A DNA stretch of 64,000 nucleotides. It comes from Limisphaerales bacterium (GTDB taxonomy: Bacteria; Verrucomicrobiota; Verrucomicrobiia; Limisphaerales; AAA164-E04). The notes beneath the pieces were generated by a model, which did not search any database, was not told where the DNA came from, and saw only the letters and a program-made list of their open reading frames with translations. Position numbers and translations under genes: made by a program. Every line of letters starts with the position of its first letter. The first letter of the stretch is position 1. The stretch spans positions 12,079 to 76,078 of the forward strand of contig JAMASS010000024.1 of assembly GCA_024761205.1 (NCBI GenBank), written 5' to 3'. Shown here in pieces: positions 51,686 through 60,699 of the stretch.

Positions 51686-53194
51686 ATGAATCAAGAGATC
51701 AGGGATTACAGTCGAGTGCTCTTGGGTGAGGAGTCGTTTGATGGCTTGTCGGAAAAGCAGTTTGAGAAACGGATTTGCAAGCTGCGAACAGGCCTAATAA
51801 AAGTGCAGCGTAAGTTGCAGAATGCGCCCAATCCGATAATCATTATTATCGCTGGCGTTGACGGCGCCGGGAAAGGACAGGCGATTCAACTGCTAAACGA
51901 GTGGCTGGATCCAAGAGATCTAAGCACACATAGCTTTTGGGATCTCTCGGATGAGGCGTTGCAGCGGCCGCATTACTGGCGGTACTGGGATGCGCTCCCT
52001 CGACGAGGCAAACTGGCCATTTGGTTTGGCGGTTGGTATTCAGTGCCGCTGATCGAGAGCGTTCTCAAACGCCTCACGAGCGCCGAACTTGATGAGTGCC
52101 TCACGGATATTCAAAAGCAGGAGGTTGCCTTGACGATGGATGGGGCTGTGATTCTCAAGTTCTGGTTTCATCTTACGAAGTCAGAGCAGGAGCAACGATT
52201 GCGCCATTTGTATGAGAACCCGAAGGAACATTGGCGGGCAATGAGTGATGATTGGAAGCATCACAGCCTTTACGAAAGGTTTGAGTCTTTTGCGACCATT
52301 GTTTTGAGTCGGACCCATCACGAGACGAGGCCCTGGTTTTTTGTCCCCTCTGCCGATCCCCAAAGGCGCGATCTTGTCTTTGCAACGCTGCTGTCCCGGG
52401 CGCTGGAAAAGATGGTGATCGATGGTGCGGATCGGTCTGATAGTAGGGCTTCGCCAATGGTTCGCTATCAGCCCTCCCCGTATCGGGCATTGGCAGAGGT
52501 GGACTTGGATCAAAGGTTGTCTCGGGAGGATTACGACTTGCAACTGGTTGAAGCGCAGTCGCGTCTGCACCATTTATTCTGGGCGGCCTATGAAAAGAAA
52601 GTTTCGACCATCCTGGTCTCTGAGGGTTGGGATGCTGCTGGAAAGGGCGGGGCCATTCGACGCGTCACGGCGACAATTGATCCCCGTTTATTTCGAATCG
52701 TACAGGTCGGTCCGCCGTCCTTGGAAGAACATGCCTACCACTATTTATGGCGGTTTTGGCGGGACTTACCTAGGGATGGGCGGATTACGATCTTTGATCG
52801 CTCCTGGTACGGTCGAGTTCTGGTTGAGCGCATCGAGGGTTTTGCCACGGAATCGGAGTGGCAACGGGCTTATGCCGAGATCAATGACTTTGAGAAGGAA
52901 ATCTCGCAACACGGGACACTGCTTTTGAAGTTTTGGATCCATATTAGTAAAGATAAGCAATTAAACCGTTTTCGTAGTCGGGAAGAGATTGCTCTGAAAC
53001 GGCACAAGATCACGAAGGAAGACTGGCGAAATCGGGAGCGATGGGATGATTACGAGGTCGCTGTCAATGACATGGTGGCTTATACGAATTCCAGTCACGC
53101 GCCTTGGAAATTGGTTGCAGGGAACAACAAACGATTTGCTAGGATCCAGATGATTGAGACGATATGCGAGCGGTTGAAAGCAGCCGTGGGCTGA
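51686..53194 (+). CDS. ppk2: two-domain polyphosphate kinase 2 (polyphosphate:AMP/ADP phosphotransferase type)
   Basis: Two PPK2 modules, each with a Walker-A-like site ('AGVDGAGKG' and 'EGWDAAGKGG') and 'DRSWY'. The ORF is open from a TTG at 51599; the ATG at 51686 is preferred. Confidence 0.85.
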   Translation: MNQEIRDYSRVLLGEESFDGLSEKQFEKRICKLRTGLIKVQRKLQNAPNPIIIIIAGVDGAGKGQAIQLLNEWLDPRDLSTHSFWDLSDEALQRPHYWRYWDALPRRGKLAIWFGGWYSVPLIESVLKRLTSAELDECLTDIQKQEVALTMDGAVILKFWFHLTKSEQEQRLRHLYENPKEHWRAMSDDWKHHSLYERFESFATIVLSRTHHETRPWFFVPSADPQRRDLVFATLLSRALEKMVIDGADRSDSRASPMVRYQPSPYRALAEVDLDQRLSREDYDLQLVEAQSRLHHLFWAAYEKKVSTILVSEGWDAAGKGGAIRRVTATIDPRLFRIVQVGPPSLEEHAYHYLWRFWRDLPRDGRITIFDRSWYGRVLVERIEGFATESEWQRAYAEINDFEKEISQHGTLLLKFWIHISKDKQLNRFRSREEIALKRHKITKEDWRNRERWDDYEVAVNDMVAYTNSSHAPWKLVAGNNKRFARIQMIETICERLKAAVG

Positions 53195-53199
53195 GGCGG

Positions 53200-53850
53200 A
53201 CGGTTCCGATGGCACTTGGTGATGCCGACAGGAAAGGCGCCCTGAGGTTGCGGTTAGTGATGCTGTTCGTAGTCGCGTCGCTTGCGCCGGCTCCGTCTGC
53301 GATGGCTTTTCAAAGAGCCTCGCATTTAGTAGGTGCGATACAACTTATTTTAGATCAACATATGCGCAAACGATCTGAAGCGGTCCCTTTAGTTCCTCGA
53401 CTAGCGCGCTCCGTAAGCGTTCAGCCCACAGGGTGTCAAAGCGGTTGTGTAGTCGATTATGCCAAATGCTAAACCGTGGTTTGATATCCTTTAAGGAAAC
53501 AGGAAGTATCCCTCATTTTGCCAGGTATTTATTACGAAGGTTCTCCGGGGAGATGTCCGTCACGATCAATGAGTTCAGTCACGAGCTTGGTTCTTTCGTG
53601 TTTCTTGCCGTGGCGAGGTGTTATTCGACGAACAAGTTTTATATCGGTGGAGTTGTTGTCAGCGGGTATTTTTACAAGCAGATGAAAATGATTGGACATG
53701 ATGCAGTAGATCAGGACTTCCATACAAAAATCAGTGTAAAGCCGTATTAGCGATCGGAAATGTTCTTTTCTATACCGCCGAGGAGAAACTCGCCTCCGAT
53801 TACTCGGGAGACATAGTGATAAGACCACATCTCGTCCCGTTGGTTTGATC
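53200..53850 (-). mobile_element. IS200-like/REP-associated tyrosine transposase (RAYT-like) remnant
   Basis: 'YHYVSRVIGGEF' (frame a), 'VLIYCIMSNHFHLLVKIP' (frame b) and the verified 'LKDIKPRFSIWHNRLHNRFDTLWAERLRSALVEE...AYVDLK*' (frame c). Confidence 0.55.
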
Positions 53851-54031
53851 TGTGCCATCCTTATGAGGAGTATAATTATGAAAAAAGTCAACAGACCATT
53901 AACCTGTCCCTGTTTTAGAATCGCGTACAGTGGGAGATTCTTGGTGCGGTTTTTTTGTGAGAGTCTTAGGATGTCTTTCGGGCAGAGGTTGCCGAGCGTT
54001 GTTCTCGGGTTGGAGGGGTTGACCACAAGAA

Positions 54032-54541
54032 GTGGATGAATGGATTATGGATTGCGAAATTGAAATACGGTGCCTGTTTGTAGCGGCTGGGCATCAGTTT
54101 GTCGGAAGGCATGGTAAAGAGCCGCTGACTTATGTGATGGAAGCGCGCGAGACGATCGAGTGTGTTGCCGGAAAAGGGATCATGGGTGACCGTTTTTTTG
54201 ACTATAAGCCGAATTATAAGGGGCAGCTGACGTTTTTTTCTGAGGAGGTCTATCTGAAATTGAAGCGACAACTTTCAGTGGAGATGAAGTCTTCTGCGGT
54301 TTTTCGGCGGAATGTGCTCGTTTCCGGGATTGACTTGAATCCGTTGATTGGGAAGCGCTTTGGGTTGGGTGAGGTTGAGTTCGAAGGCGTGGAGGAGGCG
54401 AGTCCGTGTTATTGGATGGATCGCGCTTTCGGTGAAGGGGCGGCGGCGGCTCTTCGTGGGCAGGGAGGGCTCCGTGTTCGGATTTTGAGCGATGGTAAGC
54501 TGTCTCGGGGCGTTCAGAGATTGTGTGTGTTCGATGTATAA
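54032..54541 (+). CDS. MOSC-domain protein
   Basis: 'RRNVLVSGIDLNPLIGKRFGLGEVEFEGVEEASPCYWM' and 'GGLRVRILSDGKLSRG'. The ATG at 54047 is an alternative start. Confidence 0.8.
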   Translation: MDEWIMDCEIEIRCLFVAAGHQFVGRHGKEPLTYVMEARETIECVAGKGIMGDRFFDYKPNYKGQLTFFSEEVYLKLKRQLSVEMKSSAVFRRNVLVSGIDLNPLIGKRFGLGEVEFEGVEEASPCYWMDRAFGEGAAAALRGQGGLRVRILSDGKLSRGVQRLCVFDV

Positions 54542-54547
54542 AAGTAA

Positions 54548-54571
54548 AGAGCAAGCTCGAAAGCTTGCTCT
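54548..54571. terminator. bidirectional terminator hairpin between convergent genes
   Basis: Perfect 10-bp stem agagcaagct/agcttgctct with loop cgaa. It lies between the MOSC stop (54541) and the peroxiredoxin stop (54607). Confidence 0.6.
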
Positions 54572-54606
54572 TCTGTCGATTTCTCGAATTTTGCTGGTCG
54601 ATTGTC

Positions 54607-55140
54607 CTATCTTTTGCTGATTCCGAGATCTTTCAGTTTTCCGTAGATATCGGCGCCGTGTGAGCCTGCTTTGACTGACTTGTCAACGTGGAGAATTTTT
54701 CCTTTTTTGCTGATGTAGTAAGTCCAGCGAAAGGGGAAGGGATGACTATCGTTGACGACTCCAAAGGCCTTCGCGGTTTCCTTACCGGGATCACTTAGGA
54801 TAGGGTAGTCCAACTCCAGGGATTCAGCGAATCGACGGTTGGTGCTGGCATCATCACAGCTAGCCGTAAAGTACGCGACATCGAACTCACGAAGCTTCTT
54901 GCCACTCTCACGGAGTGACTTGCATTCGCGCGTTCAACCTCCGGTAAAGGCCTTCGGATACCAGGCGATGACGATGGCTTGCTTTCCAGCAAAATCAGAT
55001 AGTTTGTAGGTTTTGCCGTCGCTTCCAGGTAGAGAAAAGTCTGGGACTTTATCCCCCGCCTTGAGCTCGGCATGCGTTGGGGATGCGAATCCGGCGAGCC
55101 CTATTAAAAGGGCCGCCATCCGAATGATTGTCTTCTTCAT
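54607..55140 (-). CDS. candidate selenocysteine-containing periplasmic peroxiredoxin (AhpC/TSA-Bcp-like), read through UGA at 54934-54936
   Basis: ORFs 54934..55140 and 54607..54813 share one frame. I translated the gap codon by codon and the TGA is the only interruption. The product is '[99 protein letters not shown]...'. The U falls on the Cys of the universal PxxxTxxC motif. Confidence 0.65.
54901..54919 (-). promoter_or_regulatory. SECIS-like hairpin for the peroxiredoxin
   Basis: On the mRNA, GUCACUC-CGUGA-GAGUGGC (7 bp including one G-U, with GU in the loop) begins 14 nt after the UGA. Confidence 0.5.
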
Positions 55141-55404
55141 GGTTCTCTTCAGTTCATGAGTTCGAGAAATCGAACCGACTATGGGAAAGTAAGTTTTATC
55201 AGTGGAATGTCCAAGGGGAATCTTGAAGACTCAATGGTCTTTGGTAAGGAAGATAGCGGACCAAGAGTTAGTCGAAACGATTCGTTGAGGTCGCCTTGAT
55301 TGCTCAGTGGTTTCATCGACTGTCACGATTCAGTCCGAGGAGGTAGTTTCATCACGCACTCTCCAGACAGTTTCCTAACGGTGTTCGACCGGTTTCGTTG
55401 GGAT

Positions 55405-56690
55405 TCAAACTAGTTGCGGAAAGTTGAGCGGCAAGTTTGCAAGGAGATTACTTGACCGTTCTGACTTCATAGAAGCGGTGTCGGGACCTGTGGATAGGGC
55501 GGTGAGCTCGATGGTGGTGCCAGTGCCGGTCACTTGGTTCACCGCCCGGAGCTCAGTCACCTGCTGTGACGTCGGGTATAGAGTTGATAGGTCGCTCCAT
55601 TGGTGTGAGAGAAATTTGGAGAATGGAAAAGGGACCGCCGGAGGGGGCGGTTGGATTTGTTCCGGCTGCTTCTGCTTTTGCATTAGTCATTCCGTCCTCA
55701 TCAGGGTCGGCATCAGGAGCTGCGTCAGGTCCGGTAAAGGGATCGAAATGTTCACAGTGAAAGCTATCGGAGAGGCTATCGTAGTTAATATCCAGAGCTC
55801 TCTGGGTCTGACTTTGAAGAAACCGTTGGCAGAGGCGATGTCTTCGCCCCGCCTAACGATGAATGATCGCAGATCTGGGGTGGCATTTTCAGCAATGGAA
55901 GCCGTTTGAAAGATGTACAGATACCCGTAAAAACTGCGTTGAAACTTGAGCAGGATTCAGGGTAAAGCATCTCCAGTGACGAGGTGCTTTACGCCGGAAG
56001 TGGGAAGGCTTGATCTGAAAAACGTCAAGGGCGACATCTTGAGTACCTTGCGTGATGCCCCGTGGATTGGAGCTAGTTCCAAGGAATCCGGGTTTGAGAT
56101 CTGCCGGGCGAATTTGTGCGATACGAAACGGAGGTAGCGTCAGAATGACTGCGGAATTGACGGTCGCCGTGCCGTCAAGGGCAAGTTCGACGGAGGCGCT
56201 CATCGTGGGTCTAAAGTTGACCTCGGTTTGTTCGAAACGTGCAAAGAGGATGCCGCGATCCTTCACCCAGAAGGAAGAGGCCGCTGCTGGATCGAGGGGT
56301 GCGACTCAAACATAGTAATTTCCCGCGGGAGTTCCTTGAATCTCGTAGAAGCCTTGAGGATGGGTGTCGGTTTCTTCAAGGGAAACCGGTTCTGGCAATG
56401 AGTTCAGCAGACTCGTTTCGAGAAAGACTGCCCACCCGGGATGCCTTCGCCATTGGCGGTGACGGAGACCTCCACACGGGTGAGGTTGCTCGCGAACTGG
56501 GAATCGCCATAGTTTGATTGCTAATTTCGTCCAGCGGTAGCCCGGTTTCCAACTCGGGCTCGAAGCCTTCTCGGGCGAATATAATCGCGCGCGCCTATCG
56601 GGGAATGCTGCAGGCCAATCGCGTGTCCGAACAATGGAGGGCGGAGGTAATTTGGTTTTTAATGCAATCATAGGCATGGCCATGTGAGGG
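55405..56690 (-). pseudogene. large secreted protein remnant (CarboxypepD_reg-like and Asp-rich 'DxDxDG..N..E..GTNP' segments)
   Basis: 'THPQGFYEIQGTPAGNYYV*VAPLD' carries an in-frame TGA. 'PDADPDEDGMTNAKAEAAGTNP' and other pieces lie in different frames. Confidence 0.3.
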
Positions 56691-57900
56691 CTGTTACGGA
56701 TCATTGTGTTTGCGGTCCATGATTCGTGACATGGTGCGTACCGAGGCCGGGTGGTTGCGTGGCTAGATTGTCGGTTTCCGCAGGATCGGAGACCAAATTG
56801 TAGAGTTCGATTTCCGCTTGAAAATCAGTGCTGAAGTTTCGTTTGACGGCCTTCTAGTTTTCTTGCGGTACGAAGATCTTGCCGCCGCATTCGTAGAATT
56901 CCCAATAGCGATAAGGATGGGTGATTTGTGCAGTCGTATTACCGATCGGTGCTAGCGAAATGCCATCAATGGATGCGGAGGGCGAGTTCCGGCCAATTCC
57001 ACAAAGGTGGGGAAGATGTCCTGAAATCCGGAGATGAGGTCACTGTTTTTTCTCGCCGGGAAATGTTTGGGCCAGCGGACGATGAAGGGGCCGCGGATAC
57101 CTCTCTCGTAGATATCCCGCTTCATGCCCTTGAGGGGCCGTTGTCGTTGCTGAAGAAAATCTCGGTTTTCTCTTCGAGATACAATTGCTTGAGCAAGGAC
57201 AGGATGGTGCCGAGGTGGTCATCGATGATTCGGATCATTTGGGCGAATCTTTTTCTTGGATGAGCTAGTCTTGGTTTTCAAATTTGCCAAGGTTCGGGAC
57301 GTGCATTCCGTTGCGGGCGATACGAGTCTCTCGGCCTCCTTGGTTGTTCGCATGCGGGATGTTCAGGGTGTAGAACAGGAAGAAGGGCTCTTCTCAGTTG
57401 GTTCGAATGAAGTCTAGTGCCTGATTAAAAATCAGTTGTGGCGTGTAATCGCCTCCGATCTCCGAGATTTCTGCATCTTCTTAAGCTGAGTTTTCTTTGG
57501 CCTTCCATTTGGGATGTATAATCGATTTCTTAGTGGCTCTTTCTTGCCGTTCCCAACGAGAAACTCCGGATAAAATTGTGAGCTTGAAACAGGTTGATGT
57601 AGCCGCAAAACGCGTCAAGGCCGGGCCGGGAATGCAAGTCGAGCCATGCTAGGTGCCTGATCGTGTTGAGCACGGAGGTCAATGTAGCCGTAGTTGAGCG
57701 TTCAGACAAACGTCTCGGGCATTTTCTGCCCGAGCGGGAGCACACTAGTCTGTAACGGGTGTCGATCATCTTCCTTCTGTAGGAACGAGTGCTGGATGCT
57801 GCTTGTCGAATGGGTTCTTTACAATCGCAGGGATCACGAATCTTTTTGGGTTGTTCCAGTGCTCCAATTCTCTTTTTGGGGCGAGAATTGAGTCGCGAAA
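56690..57900 (-). pseudogene. arylsulfatase remnant
   Basis: Verified pieces: '[15 protein letters not shown]', '[19 protein letters not shown]', 'FFLFYTLNIPHA' and 'ELYNLVSDPAETDNLA'. They are spread over all three frames with several stops. Confidence 0.6.
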
Positions 57901-57905
57901 TCGAA

Positions 57906-58420
57906 TTAGCTTCTGCGTTGGTCAAGGGTGTGTTCGAGTTTGCTGTGAAGCTCCTCAAAGGAACCGTTACTGAAGATGCAGACGGCGTTTTCAGGACATC
58001 CCTCCTTTGCTAGGAACGTGCGGATTAGGTCCCCGGTATCGAGACATTCGCAGTTCTTTCCTTGGAGGCGTATGTCGATCGCGAGGAATGATCCACTCGC
58101 CATTTGGTGAAGCGGGCCCCTGCAGCCGAAATTATGCGGCGTGCCGCCGATGAGGAAACTTGGGTTGAGTCCAACGGATTCGAAGACCCATGCCATCAGG
58201 GAAGTTGTGGTGCTCTTGCCGTGTGTGCGCTAACACCGAGGTCGGGGCCATGAGCCAGATTTTTTCGGCGTGGGGAGAGCGTATCGCGATGTCTTGCGTC
58301 TCGAGGAAGGTAGCCATTGGTGAATAGGCTCCCTGATCAAAGCCGGTTACCTTGCAGCTCTTTGATTTGAGAGCTGCGGTGCAGGACACCATTGCAGTGT
58401 CACAGATGCCGCTAAAGTGG
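57906..58420 (-). pseudogene. Mpl/Mur-ligase (murein peptide ligase-like) remnant with a large internal deletion
   Basis: 'KVTGFDQGAYSPMATFLETQDIAI', then the verified P-loop 'THGKSTTTSLMAWVFESVGLNPSFLIGG'. This is joined almost directly to a C-terminal-like 'AVCIFSNGSFEELHSKLEHTL'. Confidence 0.5.
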
Positions 58421-58501
58421 ATGGATTTTAGTATTCTCGATCACGAGGTCGTGGCGGACGGAGGCTTACAGGCTAGGCAGCACGATTTTGCGCTTGCGGG
58501 T

Positions 58502-59953
58502 TTAGTTGGAGAGTTTCTTCTCCAGAATTTCACCGACTAGATTGGGGTTGGCTTTCCCTTGGCTGAGCTTCATGACTTGGCCTTTGAGGAAGTTGAGCGC
58601 CGCCTTCTTGCCCGCACGGAAATCGCCGGCAGACTTCGGGTTTTCGGCGATTGCTTGATCGCAGAACGAATCGATCGCGCCTGTGTCGCTCACCTGAGCG
58701 AGATCTTTTTCGTCGACGGTTGCTCCCGGCGACTTTCCCGACTCGAACATTTCGCTAAAGACTTCCTGGGCGATCTTGGAGCTGATTTTCCCGCTCTCGA
58801 CGATTCTGATGAGTTCGTTGATGCCCTCGGGCTCAAATTTCAGGTCCTCGATGTCGGTGTTGCTTTCAGCCAGCTTGGCACGGAGATTGTTGATGACCCA
58901 ATTGGCAACGGCTTTCGGTGACTTGGAGGCCTTGGCGATCGGCTCGAAATAGTCGCCAAGAGCGACGTCGTTGACGAACACCTCAGCATCTCCGGGGGGA
59001 AGGCTGTAATCGGAAATGAAACGACGTTTTCTGGCGAGTGGAAGTTCCATGACTTGTTCAGCGACCGAGGCCATCCATTCGTCGTTGGGCTCGAAAGGCA
59101 TCAGGTCGGGGTCGGGAAAGTAACGATAGTCGTGAGCGTCTTCCTTGGTGCGCATGGTCTCGGTGATGCCTCCGATATCGTCCCATCGGCGGGTTTCCTG
59201 AGTGAGGGATTCGCCATTGGTCAGAGTGCGAATTTGACGATCGACTTCGTAGTTGATCGCTCGTCGGACCCCACTGAAGGTGTTCATGTTTTTGATCTCG
59301 ATCTTGGCGCCGAGTTCGGTCTGTCCTTTGGGGCGGACACTGACATTGACATCGCATCGGACCATTCCTTTTTCCATATCACAGTCGCTGACTTTGCCGT
59401 AGGTCAAGATGTTGACGAGGGCATTGAGGTAGGCATACGCCATGTCGGCACTGCGAATGTCCGGTTCGGAAACGATCTCCAGAAGCGGCACGCCGGCGCG
59501 GTTGTAGTCGACACCGCTATGTCGATCAAAGTGGAAACTTTTGCCCACGTCTTCCTCAAGATGGGCACGGGTGATTCGGACCTTAGCAATATCTTCTTCA
59601 AACTCGAATTCAACATAGCCCTCTTCCGTGGAGGGGTGCGCTAGTTGGGTGATTTGGTAGTTCTTGGGGACGTCGGGATAGAAATAGTTTTTGCGATCGA
59701 AGCGGGCATGGCGAGCAACATGACAATTGAGCAGCATGCCGGTGAGGGCGGTCAGGCGGAGGGCTTCCTCGTTTGCAACGGGCAGCACCCCGGGCAGGCC
59801 AAGGCAGACGGGACACACGTTTGTATTGGGGGGCGCTCCGTACTCGTTGGCGCAGCCACACCACATTTTGGACAGCGTCTTCAGTTGAACGTGGGTTTCT
59901 AGGCCGATGACCGCTTCGTAATCCATTAAAGAGTGGGAAGGAGTTTGCCTCAA
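58502..59953 (-). CDS. gatB: Asp/Glu-tRNA(Asn/Gln) amidotransferase subunit B
   Basis: 'YEAVIGLETHVQLKT..KMWCGC', 'VCPVCLGLPGVLPV' and a GatB/YqeY C-terminal domain. 483 aa. Confidence 0.95.
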   Translation of the reverse strand: MRQTPSHSLMDYEAVIGLETHVQLKTLSKMWCGCANEYGAPPNTNVCPVCLGLPGVLPVANEEALRLTALTGMLLNCHVARHARFDRKNYFYPDVPKNYQITQLAHPSTEEGYVEFEFEEDIAKVRITRAHLEEDVGKSFHFDRHSGVDYNRAGVPLLEIVSEPDIRSADMAYAYLNALVNILTYGKVSDCDMEKGMVRCDVNVSVRPKGQTELGAKIEIKNMNTFSGVRRAINYEVDRQIRTLTNGESLTQETRRWDDIGGITETMRTKEDAHDYRYFPDPDLMPFEPNDEWMASVAEQVMELPLARKRRFISDYSLPPGDAEVFVNDVALGDYFEPIAKASKSPKAVANWVINNLRAKLAESNTDIEDLKFEPEGINELIRIVESGKISSKIAQEVFSEMFESGKSPGATVDEKDLAQVSDTGAIDSFCDQAIAENPKSAGDFRAGKKAALNFLKGQVMKLSQGKANPNLVGEILEKKLSN

Positions 59954-60699
59954 GGTGGCTCAGACACGCAAATAGGAAAGGTTTGCAGTTGGGGATGCCA
60001 CTGAATACGGCCGAGCTTGCTACCGATTAATTGAGATACATCGGCGTTGAGGAGGGATGGTAATTGAAAAGCGGTGCCAACAAGACCGGAACCATGCTTT
60101 CCTATGGCAGCAATAGCTTGAAAGTGTAGAAAGGATCTTAGTCCCTTTTTCTTGGGGCGCAGCAGGCTGCCGCAACCCAGGATGATCTTCGGGTGGGAGT
60201 GTGCTGTCTTTTTCATTCACGCCGCATTTGAGGTGGATACGTTGTCTGCTTGTAATTTTTTTGAACAGTTTATGTTCCAATGTCTGAGTGCGGGGTGTCT
60301 ATGTTTGAGGGATTGGCATTCGAATGTCTGAATCTGTCTTATGGTTTCGCAAGCCTACAGAGAAGAGGGAACGGATGATGTCTTCCTTAAGTGAAACCGC
60401 CGGAATGTTACTCCGTAGGCCCGCTTGGGCTTTCAGTATTGGGCTCGTATGGTAGAGCGTTTGCCTCTCTTTTTGTTTCGAAATTTCCTAGACATAGCTT
60501 TACACCCCAACCGCACTGAAATCGACTGGAGCACCATTCCCTGATTCCGCATTTTTCGAGTGTTCCGTAGTTCCCAAGGGTTGGTCCCATTCGTTCGTCC
60601 GGGTTCGTCTAGCAAATCCGCCTATGATCGGTCGCCTCTGCTTAACAGGCCGGAAGATTTTAACGATTTCTAGCCGGTAATTTCGTTGAGAAGTAGTTT

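Noticed and set aside
56306-56308. An in-frame TGA joins ORFs 56306..56704 and 55889..56266 ('GNYYV*VAPLD'). I considered it as a third selenocysteine site.
   Set aside because: The codon sits where a hydrophobic or Trp residue is expected in a CarboxypepD_reg-like beta strand, not at a redox Cys. The surrounding gene has additional frameshifts, and I found no convincing hairpin. It is most simply a TGG-to-TGA nonsense mutation in a pseudogene.
60441-60467. A tRNA-like 5' fragment, 'gggctcgtatggtagagcgtttgcctc'.
   Set aside because: Only an acceptor/D-arm-like piece is present. No anticodon stem complement, T arm or 3' acceptor follows, so it is not a functional tRNA. It may be a relic or a chance match.
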